From positions 1 to 55,825 of the forward strand of contig JACPNL010000010.1 in assembly GCA_016185505.1 (NCBI GenBank): 55,825 nt of DNA. Reading direction: 5' to 3'. Made by a program: the position numbers and the translations under genes. The notes under the pieces are model-generated. The model worked only from the letters and a program-made list of their open reading frames with translations. It ran no database searches and was not told the origin of the DNA. Positions 1 to 9,504 of this stretch are shown piece by piece. Within the stretch, counting starts at the first letter, position 1, and each line of letters begins with the position of its first letter. This DNA comes from Candidatus Yanofskybacteria bacterium. GTDB lineage: Bacteria; Patescibacteriota; Minisyncoccia; 2-02-FULL-40-12; GWA2-44-9.

Positions 1-442
1 AGGCGGGTTCATCAACTTCTTCTGTCTCGTCGTCTTCCCGCCCAAAAGTTGGGCGAGGCTCGCCCGCCTTTGGCGAGGCGGCTTCATTTAAATCGTCGTC
101 TAAGTCGTCGGCTTGGACGGCAACGGGAATAGCAACCGGCCTCTTCGGCTCAACGCGAGAAACAGCCCCGGCACGGTGGTGTTCAGTTTTGGTTGACAGC
201 ACGTCAAAGTTATATTTCTTCGCTAGCTCATTTACCTTTGGATTTGAACATAAAAAGGAGATAGATTTGTCCGAGTTCTTGGCTTCGTCCGCCAGTACTA
301 CAAAATGCTCCTCTGGCTTGAATGCTCTGGTCTGTTTAGGCAACACAAACACGACTTCCGAAGCGTCGGTTTCTTTAACGATATCCAAAAGTTCCTCAAA
401 TTTATCGTCTTTCAGAACATTGATAATTTTCGTCGCGCCCAT
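1..442 (-). CDS. N-terminal part of a hypothetical protein (runs off the left edge)
   Basis: ATG at 442-440 directly downstream of dus. Open frame MGATKIINVLKDDKFEELLDIVKETDASEVVFVLPK... continues to the window edge. Not in the ORF track because it is truncated. Confidence 0.75.
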   Translation of the reverse strand, partial: MGATKIINVLKDDKFEELLDIVKETDASEVVFVLPKQTRAFKPEEHFVVLADEAKNSDKSISFLCSNPKVNELAKKYNFDVLSTKTEHHRAGAVSRVEPKRPVAIPVAVQADDLDDDLNEAASPKAGEPRPTFGREDDETEEVDEPA

Positions 443-454
443 ATATTAAATGTA

Positions 455-1453
455 TCACAACTGATTTTGTAAAATATCAACAACCTCTTTTTTATTCTTG
501 ACGGTCATTAACTTAGCCCTTAATTCCTTCGCGCCGTCCCTGTCTGCCATGCCTGCCCTGCATGCGCAGGCATGGCAGACAGGGCAGGCAGGCCAACCAG
601 ATATATAAACCTTAAAAAACTTTTTCATCGTATCAAATCTTTTATCATCCCCCCATAATTTTTCAAAGTTATCTAAATGCTCTCTCAATAGTTCTATTCT
701 TTGTCCGGGTTTAATCTCCTTGATATCAACCTTTTCATTAAAAAACCAAGGATTGGCGAATATCCCTCGCCCGACCATAATACCATCGAGGCTATAGTCC
801 TTCGCTTTTTGTCTTGCGTCATCCATGTCGACGATATCTCCGTTGCCGATTATTAATGTTTTAGTATCTTTTGCCATTTCTGCCGCTTTGCCTATTTCTT
901 CCCAGTGGGCCGGAACTTGAGATATTTCTTTTCTTGTTCTACCGTGAACTATAATCGCGGCTAGTTCTGTTTCCAGTAAAATTGACACCCATTCCTTCGT
1001 GATTATTTTGTTATAACCGAGTCGTGTTTTAACCGAAACCGGTAAATCTCCCGCGCCTCTTTGGGTTTCTTTTACTATTTCTTGAGCCAGTTTATGATTC
1101 TTTATCAATGCTGCACCGGCGCCCTGCTTTTCAACGTTTCTATCCGGACAGCCCATATTTATATCTATGCCGTCAAATCCAAGCTCCCGCGCAAGTTGAG
1201 CGCATTTATAAAAATTCTCCGGCTTTGAACCAAAGAATTGAACGACAATCGGTTTCTCGGATTTTTCAAAATATAATTCTTTTTCAAATTTTGTTTTGTC
1301 GTGTAAGATTCCGTCGCAAGACAAAAACTCCGTATAAAAAACATTTGGCCGTCCGCACTTGGCGACTACTTTCCTGAAAGCCCAGTCGGTTACATTCGCC
1401 ATCGGCGCTAGGACAAAAAACGGCTTATTTAGTTTTTCCCAAAAATTTGACAT
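455..1453 (-). CDS. dus: tRNA-dihydrouridine synthase (Dus family)
   Basis: LAPMA, IDINMGCP, SVKTRLG, VHGRT, GNGD and MVGRG motifs. Confidence 0.95.
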   Translation of the reverse strand: MSNFWEKLNKPFFVLAPMANVTDWAFRKVVAKCGRPNVFYTEFLSCDGILHDKTKFEKELYFEKSEKPIVVQFFGSKPENFYKCAQLARELGFDGIDINMGCPDRNVEKQGAGAALIKNHKLAQEIVKETQRGAGDLPVSVKTRLGYNKIITKEWVSILLETELAAIIVHGRTRKEISQVPAHWEEIGKAAEMAKDTKTLIIGNGDIVDMDDARQKAKDYSLDGIMVGRGIFANPWFFNEKVDIKEIKPGQRIELLREHLDNFEKLWGDDKRFDTMKKFFKVYISGWPACPVCHACACRAGMADRDGAKELRAKLMTVKNKKEVVDILQNQL

Positions 1454-1514
1454 GTCTAATGTGCATATGCTATCTTCAGAAGGGAAGATTTACAACAAGA
1501 ATAAGGACACGGAA

Positions 1515-1724
1515 ATGGACACGGAAATGTCAGACCCGGCAGATATTGTAGAACTGCGCAGAAAGGTTGAAGAAGAGATCAAAGATCATCCAAAATGGTG
1601 CGGTCCTAATTGTAAGCCGGGTAATACATTCTTGCCCTATGCATATCGCCAGGCGCGGCTGGTTCATGGACACAGCGCCAAAACAGTCCAAGACAATTAC
1701 GATCTCTGTCATATATTCAGATAA
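1515..1724 (+). CDS. small hypothetical protein (about 65-69 aa)
   Basis: TTGACA(1448)-18 nt-TATCTT promoter, AAGGA RBS, ATG at 1515 or 1527 (12-bp duplication), terminator directly after the stop. Confidence 0.55.
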   Translation: MDTEMSDPADIVELRRKVEEEIKDHPKWCGPNCKPGNTFLPYAYRQARLVHGHSAKTVQDNYDLCHIFR

Positions 1725-1746
1725 GCCCCTTCGGGCTTTTTTGTTT
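1723..1746 (+). terminator. intrinsic terminator
   Basis: aagccc-cttc-gggctt followed by a T-run. Confidence 0.7.
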
Positions 1747-1784
1747 CGACATCATTCTCAAATTCTTGAGAATTTGAGAATAGA

Positions 1785-3665
1785 TTATTCCACAGTTGCC
1801 CGAATTCGGCGGATTCCGGCGCTTACGGATTCTTCTTTGGTTATTTTGAACTTGCCTATCTCGGCAGTGTTTGAAACATGAGGTCCTCCGCACAATTCTT
1901 TAGAAAAGAATTGTCCTGAGCTGGTCGAATTAGAGAGTTCGCGGTTAAACGGCTCAACGGCTTTATCCGTTGAGCCGTTTATTGAATTATCGGTTGTTTT
2001 GGGACCGATCGTATAAACTGTTACGCGATCAGGATATTTTTCTTTGAAAAACGCTAAAGCGCCTGATTTTATCGCATCTTCATAAGACATTTCGGTTTTA
2101 GTAACCGGCAGTTCTTTTTTTACAGCATCGTTAACCATATCCTCTACTTGCTTGAGTTCCTCGAGTGTTAATTTACGCGGGAATGTGAAATCAAACCTCA
2201 ACCGTTCCGGGGTTATATCAGAGCCCTGCTGTTTCACCTCTTCTCCAAGAATTTTTCTCAATGCTGCGTGAAGCAAATGTGTAGCGGTATGAAGACGGGT
2301 TTTCTTTTTCATCTCTTCGGCATTGGCGGCGGTCAAATCCCCTTCCGTTATCATGCCATGTCCACCAAATTTTTTCTCCGCTCCGGCGCGGGATATTTCT
2401 TGATGTTTTCTAAATTCCTCATCGAAATTCTCACGAGAAAGCTCTGTTGTTTTTTCTTTTCCTAATTCTTTAATAACTTCAAAAGGTAGGCCGTAACTTT
2501 CGTATAGTTTAAAGGCGTTCTCGGCATTTACGGATGGCATCTTTCCAAGCTCCTTTAGCCCTTGAGATAATGTCTTTTCAAATTTTTCTTTTTCTCGGTC
2601 AAACTCATGAATTATTAAATCGGCATTCAGTTCGGGATAATATTGCCCATAGATCTCTAATATTTTCGCAAAAATATCATGCATTAAAGATAGGTCAGAC
2701 CTGTGGATAAACGACTTCGCAAGTCGTTTATCCACAGGTGGGGTGGATTGAGTGGCGGTATAAAAATAAGTTATCACTCTCCTCATTAGCCGGCGCAAAA
2801 CATAACCCTGCTCTTTGTTTGACGGCCTGACCCCGTCGGTGATAAGAAATGCGATGGCCCGTGAATGGTCGGCGATAATTCTTTTAGCTCTAATATCTAA
2901 CTCCGAGGGCGCGAGTTTGATTATCGGTTCCAAAAGATCCGTTTCAAAAATATTTTTAACTCCCTGTACAACCATAGCAAGACGCTCTAATCCCATACCG
3001 GTGTCTATGCCAGCTGGTTTTAAGTGTTTAAATTTTGAAGGGTCGGTTTCTTTGAGCATTTGCTCTCTATTCCCTTTATAATAAAATTCGTTGAAGACGA
3101 TATTCCAAATCTCAACTCCGTCCACATATATTTCTGTTGTCGGACCGCATGGACCCTCATTCCCGGTCGGGCCCCAGGTGTTATCCTCAATACCCATTTT
3201 CTTAACCTCAATTGCGACGTTGTTGTTTTTAGCTATTTCTTTCCATATCAATTCTGATTCTTCATCTGCGGGCATACCTTCCGAACCGCTGAAAACAGAA
3301 ACGTAGTCAACCTTGAGTCCCAGTTCTTTTGTAATAAATTCGTATGCCCAAGTGATGGATGCTTCTTTCCAATACCCACCAAAAGAAAAATTGCCAAGCA
3401 TTTCGAAAAAAGTGAGATGTGATTCGTCTCCAACTTCGTCTATGTCCGAAGTTCGCATTGATTTCTGAATTGAAACAGTATTCAAGGAACCGAAATCCTT
3501 CATCGCGTCGGCCTCGCCGGTATAGTAGGGCTTGAACTGTTGCATTCCGGCGGTTGTGAAAAGCACCGACGGATCAGTTGGCAAAAGAGAAGATGACTCC
3601 ACCCACTTATGGTTTCTCTTCTCAAAAAAATCTTTAAATTTTTTACGTATCTTTTGATGTGTCAT
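1785..3665 (-). CDS. alaS: alanine--tRNA ligase (short form, no C-Ala domain)
   Basis: LFTTAGMQQFK, HLTFFEMLGNFSFG, IDTGMGLER, editing motifs HTATHLL and ELCGGPH. Confidence 0.97.
   Translation of the reverse strand: MTHQKIRKKFKDFFEKRNHKWVESSSLLPTDPSVLFTTAGMQQFKPYYTGEADAMKDFGSLNTVSIQKSMRTSDIDEVGDESHLTFFEMLGNFSFGGYWKEASITWAYEFITKELGLKVDYVSVFSGSEGMPADEESELIWKEIAKNNNVAIEVKKMGIEDNTWGPTGNEGPCGPTTEIYVDGVEIWNIVFNEFYYKGNREQMLKETDPSKFKHLKPAGIDTGMGLERLAMVVQGVKNIFETDLLEPIIKLAPSELDIRAKRIIADHSRAIAFLITDGVRPSNKEQGYVLRRLMRRVITYFYTATQSTPPVDKRLAKSFIHRSDLSLMHDIFAKILEIYGQYYPELNADLIIHEFDREKEKFEKTLSQGLKELGKMPSVNAENAFKLYESYGLPFEVIKELGKEKTTELSRENFDEEFRKHQEISRAGAEKKFGGHGMITEGDLTAANAEEMKKKTRLHTATHLLHAALRKILGEEVKQQGSDITPERLRFDFTFPRKLTLEELKQVEDMVNDAVKKELPVTKTEMSYEDAIKSGALAFFKEKYPDRVTVYTIGPKTTDNSINGSTDKAVEPFNRELSNSTSSGQFFSKELCGGPHVSNTAEIGKFKITKEESVSAGIRRIRATVE
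2700..2738. repeat. 39-bp palindromic element, in frame in alaS
   Basis: cctgtggataaacgactt-cgc-aagtcgtttatccacagg encodes PVDKRLAKSFIHR. Also present twice in mnmA. Confidence 0.95.
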
Positions 3666-3704
3666 AAATTAAATATATCAAAACCTTGTCACTTCAACAA
3701 ACAA

Positions 3705-3744
3705 TGTTTCCTAAAACTATCATATGATAGTTTTAGGAAACATT
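3705..3744. repeat. perfect intergenic palindrome (atcatatgat core)
   Basis: atgtttcctaaaactatcatatgatagttttaggaaacat. Related copy at about 46907-46944. Confidence 0.8.
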
Positions 3745-3804
3745 TCAAACTGTTTAATTTCGAATTTCGAATAAAGTCAAATAAAATAAGAGCCGTAATG
3801 GCTC

Positions 3805-5181
3805 TTATGCTAACTTTTCCAGAGTCAACATCTGTGTAAGGGTTGATGGAACTTTGGCCTTTCGCAGGACGTCGCCGAAGTGCGAGGTCAGCCCCACGTT
3901 TCCGCAGACCCGGATGCCGAGGTTCTCCGCCTGCGCCCGCAAGGTCAGCTCCCGGAGCGCTTCCAGGCCGGCTTCGGTATGGAACGTCAGCCAGTCCTTG
4001 GGGATTCCGGGATAGATAATGTTGCCGGCTGTTGCCGTTCTGCCGCGGTGCAACTGGACAACCCAGGCAAGACGGCCGTCGTAGACCCATTCAAAACGGG
4101 CCGGGCCGAGCTTCTCCTGGATCCTCTCGTGTAGGAAGGTAACTTCCCCCTGCACTTGGCTTGGCAGAGCTTCCGGCGCCCTATCGCCAGTCATGAACTT
4201 GTCACCATAACCTCGGCATCCTTCCAGAACCAAATTGTCTGTACTGTCGGTGATGGCCGAGCCGGAGTAGTGCGCTTTCAGGCCGTGCTGGATGATGATT
4301 GCCGCGATCTTACTGTTGTCGGGGTCGTCTTCCTGCATGATGGCGAAGGGGTCTTTCCAGCCGCGGATGGTCTGGAACTTGCCCGGGGTCTGGATCTTGG
4401 GAACGGTCCTGACCCAGTCGGGTTCCTCGCTGTGGATCTTCTTGCCGAAGTTGAACAACGGGATCATCCGGCTGACAACGGTCGTGTACGGGACCGGCAA
4501 GCCGATGACGGCAGCCATGAGCAGGCCATAGGCCTTGTCGCCCATCGCAGAACTCATTCTGTTGGGCCATTCAATTTCGGGAGCAGGCGGCAGAAGCGCG
4601 GGGTCATAGTCCTCGGCCTGCCAGATGATTTGCTTTTCCTGGGCATAGCCGACACGATGCGGATGCACCGAGAACTCCACTCGGTGTGTGCTGGTGAACG
4701 GCATGTGGAACGGGAATCCGTAGACGGCCTTGATGAGGTCAAAGCCGATAGTCCTCGGTAATCTCATGCATCCGGCTTTTTCCACACACCTGGGTGTGTC
4801 GCCGGGCGCGCCTTCCATCAGGTTGCCGAAGAGAACTCCCGAGAAGCCGCCGTCATCAATGCGAACGTTCTCGTTCACGATAACGTAAAGGCCTTGACTA
4901 AGAAATCCTTCAATCATGCCTTTCGCCTCAAGAACGTCGTTGAGGTTCATTTTGAAAGGATTTCCGTCGGGCTTGTCGAGCAGGAACGTTCTGATGTTGA
5001 TCCTGCCGTTGCCGGACTTGGACATGAGGGTGTCCAGCGCCGTATTGACGTCGTTGAACACCTGGTCGGGACTGGTCCCGTTTATGCGCGAGAACCTCTG
5101 GCCTTCAGGGCCGAAGCTCACGAACTGGGCGACGTTGCCGCCTTCTTGGGCGAGTTTGTCGAGAACTTCATCTTTGAACAC
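3805..5181 (-). CDS. ATP-grasp / PPDK-N-like hypothetical protein, GC-rich
   Basis: 458 aa. Two lobes with VNE..GGFSGV / VEFSVH and IQHG..YSG / FEWVYDG..WVVQL signatures. Visibly higher GC than its flanks. Confidence 0.6.
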   Translation of the reverse strand: MFKDEVLDKLAQEGGNVAQFVSFGPEGQRFSRINGTSPDQVFNDVNTALDTLMSKSGNGRINIRTFLLDKPDGNPFKMNLNDVLEAKGMIEGFLSQGLYVIVNENVRIDDGGFSGVLFGNLMEGAPGDTPRCVEKAGCMRLPRTIGFDLIKAVYGFPFHMPFTSTHRVEFSVHPHRVGYAQEKQIIWQAEDYDPALLPPAPEIEWPNRMSSAMGDKAYGLLMAAVIGLPVPYTTVVSRMIPLFNFGKKIHSEEPDWVRTVPKIQTPGKFQTIRGWKDPFAIMQEDDPDNSKIAAIIIQHGLKAHYSGSAITDSTDNLVLEGCRGYGDKFMTGDRAPEALPSQVQGEVTFLHERIQEKLGPARFEWVYDGRLAWVVQLHRGRTATAGNIIYPGIPKDWLTFHTEAGLEALRELTLRAQAENLGIRVCGNVGLTSHFGDVLRKAKVPSTLTQMLTLEKLA

Positions 5182-5214
5182 AATATCCTCTGTTGTTAAA
5201 AATCGTTGGACAAA

Positions 5215-5242
5215 TTATACTAAAGAAGCGTTGACAGTCAAA
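5215..5242 (-). promoter_or_regulatory. sigma70-type promoter of the 3805-5181 gene
   Basis: TTGACT-16 nt-TATAAT on the minus strand. Confidence 0.65.
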
Positions 5243-5375
5243 TAAAAACGGCTAGTTAGCCGTGTTCTAATCACTGATTGCAGATTTCAGCGATCGCTGA
5301 AAAATGCAATTATATTTTTTTCAAACTTCGAATTCGTATAATTCAATTTCTCCATTTCTTAATTTCTAAATATCT

Positions 5376-5636
5376 CTATTTCTTTTCTACCGCCCACGTT
5401 TTTAATTCCTCGTAAGTCGCCTCGCCGCAGATGGTCTTTTGAGTGTCGGTGTTCACAAAAAATGGTACGCCCATACAAATACCTCGGGCTTCGTCGGCCC
5501 ATTTTTTCTCATTGCTCTCGTCGTGCCAGACCTCCATTCGCTGAACTTTAACCCCAAGCTCCTGTTCCAGCTTGTCTATAAGCGGCTCCATCTTTTGGCA
5601 ATGGCCGCATTCTTTACCGTAGAATTCCATTAACAT
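5376..5636 (-). CDS. thioredoxin/glutaredoxin-like protein
   Basis: EFYGKECGHC (CxxC) and cis-Pro GVP motif. Confidence 0.9.
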   Translation of the reverse strand: MLMEFYGKECGHCQKMEPLIDKLEQELGVKVQRMEVWHDESNEKKWADEARGICMGVPFFVNTDTQKTICGEATYEELKTWAVEKK

Positions 5637-5640
5637 GTTT

Positions 5641-5760
5641 CAAATTTAAAATTTAAAAATCAAAATTAAAAATGACAGTTTAAAATTCAAAATGATTTAG
5701 ATTTAAAATTTTAACATTTTTCATTGTCATTTTCCATTTTAATATTTGCATTTTACATTA
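5641..5760. repeat. low-complexity foldback repeat (about 7-nt period)
   Basis: A-rich arm (aaattta/aaatcaa, containing aaaatgaca) faces a T-rich arm (containing tgtcatttt). Confidence 0.7.
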
Positions 5761-5830
5761 TCTAACGCTATTATACCACCCAATAGTTTTTTGAAAAAGT
5801 CCTTCGATAAACTCAGGGCAAGGAGCAACT

Positions 5831-6943
5831 ATGCCAGTGATGAAACACAGGCACCTTGATGGCGATAGAACGATGGTTGAGGCAATGCCTCTTCTTCATT
5901 CCGCAACCCACGACGATTTTTTATTGAAGGCATATCCTTTCGATACGAACCGGTGGTCTGGTCACGCCGAAGCAATATCCCATTGGTTTTTGGAAGGCGG
6001 ACTTCATAAGAACTTAGTCGAAAAATTCAAAGTTACCACCGGCGTAATGCAGAATCCATTCACGATATTTTATGCGGTTAAAAATTTTGTTGTGATAAAC
6101 GGCAGACGAGGATTTTGCGGCGAATTTATAATTGCGCCGCAATATCATGTTTTTGGAGACGCCTGCTGTCCGCAAGGAACGCTTACAGAAAAAGATGTAA
6201 TGAATATTGTGATAAAAGGCATTAAGGCGGGCGAAAAGCAACTGAAAAAAGAGGGCGTGAACACTACGTTTAATGTCTGGTGGGGAATCGGAAGAGAGGT
6301 CTCTCCGGAGGAAGCAGTACGCCTTACTCGAGTAGCGCTGGAGTACGACCCTGATGATGTTCTCGGCATATCACTTGTATGCCATGAACCAAGCGCTCCT
6401 CCGGAGAAATTTGTTGATGCTTTCCGACTCGCCAAAAGAGAAAAGCGGAAGACTGCTTGTCATGTTGAATGGGTTAAAGACAGAAAAGAAAATGAAAAAG
6501 ATACACCCGATAAAATACATAGAAATTTTCAGGAAGATTTGCCGCAACTAACTAAGAATTTAACGACAGCCATTTTTGATCTGGATGTTGACCAGATAGA
6601 CCATGGCTTTGGCCTTGCCGAAAACCCCGAACTCATGAAAGTTGTCGCCGATAAGGGCACAGTAGTTACGGTTTGCCCGGGTTCGCTTCTGACTACTCGG
6701 CTTATTAATAACATCAAAATGCTCAAGATAAGAGAAATGCTTGATGCCGGAATTTTACTTTGCTGGGATGTTGACGATGATATTTGTATGCCCGCTTACA
6801 ACCAACTGGAACAAATGTATAGAGAGGCCTATGCCAAACCGCCTTCAGCCGAAAACCTGGACCGTCTGAAAGAAGACCTTGATAAACTTGAAAGAAATGC
6901 CGAACTGGCATTATTTGGGAACAGAAAAGAACACAAGTGCTAA
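5831..6943 (+). CDS. adenosine/AMP deaminase-family metallohydrolase (divergent)
   Basis: HRHLDG, TACHVE, IDHG, VCPGS and DVDDD motifs. Confidence 0.8.
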   Translation: MPVMKHRHLDGDRTMVEAMPLLHSATHDDFLLKAYPFDTNRWSGHAEAISHWFLEGGLHKNLVEKFKVTTGVMQNPFTIFYAVKNFVVINGRRGFCGEFIIAPQYHVFGDACCPQGTLTEKDVMNIVIKGIKAGEKQLKKEGVNTTFNVWWGIGREVSPEEAVRLTRVALEYDPDDVLGISLVCHEPSAPPEKFVDAFRLAKREKRKTACHVEWVKDRKENEKDTPDKIHRNFQEDLPQLTKNLTTAIFDLDVDQIDHGFGLAENPELMKVVADKGTVVTVCPGSLLTTRLINNIKMLKIREMLDAGILLCWDVDDDICMPAYNQLEQMYREAYAKPPSAENLDRLKEDLDKLERNAELALFGNRKEHKC

Positions 6944-6969
6944 AAAGAAAATCCCCGCTTAAGGCGGGG

Positions 6970-7731
6970 TTAATTATTGCATGCCGGAGCAATATTGTAT
7001 GGGTGCTGGAATTTACCTATATCATGATCATAGACCCACGAACTGTACCAATAAAAGCAATTTATTGGTACGGCAAAATCAATATTTTCGGGAGTACTTT
7101 CACGAGGCACATCGGATGTTCGATATAAACAAAGTTTAAAAGCCAGAGACGTGTTCTTGGCATTGTTATTCATATGAAACGCAACGCCCGGTATATCAGT
7201 GATATATAGCTTAGGATAACTTGGTTTTTCAATACCGTAGAATCTTTCTGTATTTCTACTGACGGACCCTCGTTTGGTATTCCACTTATAGTTGAAATGG
7301 CGTGATTGTGGAGTTGAAAAATATATAGGGTCTGTATCAATCGATTCAACCGTCCAATCTTTATAATTAAAAAAGGACATCTCGCCAAAGTTAATATGAA
7401 CAACTGATTTGGGAAATACTTCCCCGGTATCATGGGAATAATATTTGCACCCCTTAATAAACTGCACAAACGCATAATTCTCAAGATTTTCTACTGTATC
7501 AGTGGTATAATGAGCAAAAAACCGGGTCCCGTAATTCATGCCTCCGCCGACTAGAATCTCATAATCTTCGGCCAAATAGCGTATTTGTGTCAGGTCGCAT
7601 GTGTTTGTGGCGGCGCAGTCGGTGTTATTAAACACCTTCCCGGAACGACTGGTTATTCTTGGATTTCCGCCATATTGGGCCGTTACTGCAACTGACGCTA
7701 AAAGAAACAGCACCACAACAACTTGTTTCAT
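6970..7731 (-). CDS. secreted hypothetical protein
   Basis: 253 aa, N-terminal signal peptide, several Cys. Confidence 0.7.
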   Translation of the reverse strand: MKQVVVVLFLLASVAVTAQYGGNPRITSRSGKVFNNTDCAATNTCDLTQIRYLAEDYEILVGGGMNYGTRFFAHYTTDTVENLENYAFVQFIKGCKYYSHDTGEVFPKSVVHINFGEMSFFNYKDWTVESIDTDPIYFSTPQSRHFNYKWNTKRGSVSRNTERFYGIEKPSYPKLYITDIPGVAFHMNNNAKNTSLAFKLCLYRTSDVPRESTPENIDFAVPINCFYWYSSWVYDHDIGKFQHPYNIAPACNN

Positions 7732-7889
7732 TGTTTAATTCTCAAGGTGCAAACTATTTACAGTATAGATTCTCACAAATCATTCCGTTAAGCAACTCAA
7801 AAAAAACCGCCCTGACTTTATTCATTGAATAGGCGGTTTTTACTTGTCTCAATTTTCCTCGTACGAGGAAAATTGAGACCAATTGTTCC

Positions 7890-7965
7890 TGGGGTGCCCG
7901 ACCGGGATCGAACCGGCAACCGCTCGGACCACAACCGAGTGCTCTACCATTGAGCTACGGGCACC
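7890..7965 (-). tRNA. tRNA-His(GTG)
   Basis: GGTGCCCGTAGCTCAATGG...CTCGG-TTGTGGT-CCGAG...GGTTCGATCC...GGGCACCCCA, with G-1 and encoded CCA. Confidence 0.97.
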
Positions 7966-8007
7966 ATTAAGTGTATATATTTTACACTAAAACGACGCTA
8001 TTGTAAA

Positions 8008-8868
8008 TCATTCTTCATATACCTTCTCGTTCGCCGAGAGCATTAGATCCAGATTATGCAGCAACTCTTCAAATTCATTGTCATCGGCGAAATTTGGATT
8101 TGACCTTATCTTGTCTCTGACTAGTTTTATCGCCTCTTTGTGGCCCTTTTTACCCCTTCGTCTGAAGGCATCGTATTTGTCCAGTATGATTATGAGTTTT
8201 TCGGCTCTGTCAAAAAACACGTTGTCTCCGAAATATTTGGTGAACCTGCCGTCTTTGTCTACTATTTCTTCCGGATTTATACCTTCCAGCATATGATGAG
8301 TTGCCGCAGCGGCGACTGCTTCCGGCGGCACACCGTCACCGCTGATTATTTCAAGCGTCCATTTCGGATGAAGATTATAGAATTCTCGCATTGATATCTC
8401 TCCGTCTATTCCCATTTCTTTCAGCATTGCCAATCTGTCAGTTGCGTCTTCCGCGAAATTATCGTTGATGAATTGCTCCAGCGTTACTTTTGTGGGATCT
8501 ATAATGCCTTCTATCTCGTAAATATCCAGCATGAGTTTCTCCTGTTCCGATGTGGCATTCCGAGGACCGGTCTTACCAATATCCGTGAACATCGTGCCTA
8601 TCAAAACAGTTCTCTGCTCTGTGTCGGTAAATTTTTCATCAGGTAAATTCTTTTCATAATATCTGAACAGTGCCCGAGCTACGTGAACAGACCGCTCCTC
8701 GTCCTTGAACGTTTCTGTTCTGTCATTCAGAAGAAGAAGTTTTCTGACAATATTCGGATTCATTTTCTCCACATCAAGGCCGAGCTCTTCAAAAAGTTCC
8801 CTCATGTGGTCTCGTTCGGCCTCAAATCCAGTTTGTGACGTTGTCATATGTTCTTTGATCATCTTCAT
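8008..8868 (-). CDS. HD-domain-like protein (degenerate HD)
   Basis: FTDIGK, HPKW, ATHH, LDKYDA pattern of HD/HD-GYP folds. Confidence 0.65.
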   Translation of the reverse strand: MKMIKEHMTTSQTGFEAERDHMRELFEELGLDVEKMNPNIVRKLLLLNDRTETFKDEERSVHVARALFRYYEKNLPDEKFTDTEQRTVLIGTMFTDIGKTGPRNATSEQEKLMLDIYEIEGIIDPTKVTLEQFINDNFAEDATDRLAMLKEMGIDGEISMREFYNLHPKWTLEIISGDGVPPEAVAAAATHHMLEGINPEEIVDKDGRFTKYFGDNVFFDRAEKLIIILDKYDAFRRRGKKGHKEAIKLVRDKIRSNPNFADDNEFEELLHNLDLMLSANEKVYEE

Positions 8869-9228
8869 TATTTTAATACTTGGGATGAAAATTTAAAGAC
8901 CCCTATTGGGGCCTCTTGTATCTTATCACGAAAAACAAACTCCGTATTTTTCACAAGCTAACACAAAATCTCTGATAAAAGGACCCTCTATCATGTCTAA
9001 TAAATTATGCCGTCTTCCTTGTGTTTTTATCCATGCCCCCGTCTTTTTTAAGAAAGAGGAATTCGGAGAATTTATCCCACGGATAGCGACTTATTACGGA
9101 TAACCGCTCAAGGTGTTCGGGGCCTTGCATAGATAAAAATCGTCCATCAAAAGACACCCGCAACTTTCTCACTTAGCGCTCCGTATACACCCCATAAAAC
9201 AAAAGGTCAACGAGTGTTGATAAGATCA

Positions 9229-9257
9229 TTGACTTTTCACATACCATTTGCTATTCT
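9229..9257 (+). promoter_or_regulatory. sigma70 promoter with no downstream ORF
   Basis: TTGACT-17 nt-TATTCT with extended TG. Confidence 0.55.
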
Positions 9258-9438
9258 TACATCATAAACGGCTTCGGCCTCGAAACACCCGCAAGGGTGT
9301 TTCAGACTTTTAGGGCTTAAAGAGCTTTTACCGCCTTATCCAGTTTATTGAATTGGTCTTCGGGCAGAGTGGCTATTTTATCTAATCCATCATCTGATTT
9401 TCTTGCGTCCCCCTTTGTGACGAATTCGGCCTATAATT

Positions 9439-9477
9439 TCGGGCCGCCCAGAGTCGAACTGGGTCTAACTGGTCCCA
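9439..9477 (-). pseudogene. orphan 3' half of tRNA-Pro(TGG)
   Basis: 39 bp matching 9712-9750 with one mismatch, beginning at the anticodon. Confidence 0.85.
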
Positions 9478-9504
9478 CCCTGAAGTAGAATTTTGCGAAT
9501 CTTG

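Noticed and set aside
3689-5245. Several overlapping ORFs of 62-201 aa in the GC-rich gene
   Set aside because: These are shadow frames expected in high-GC coding DNA, with no motifs.
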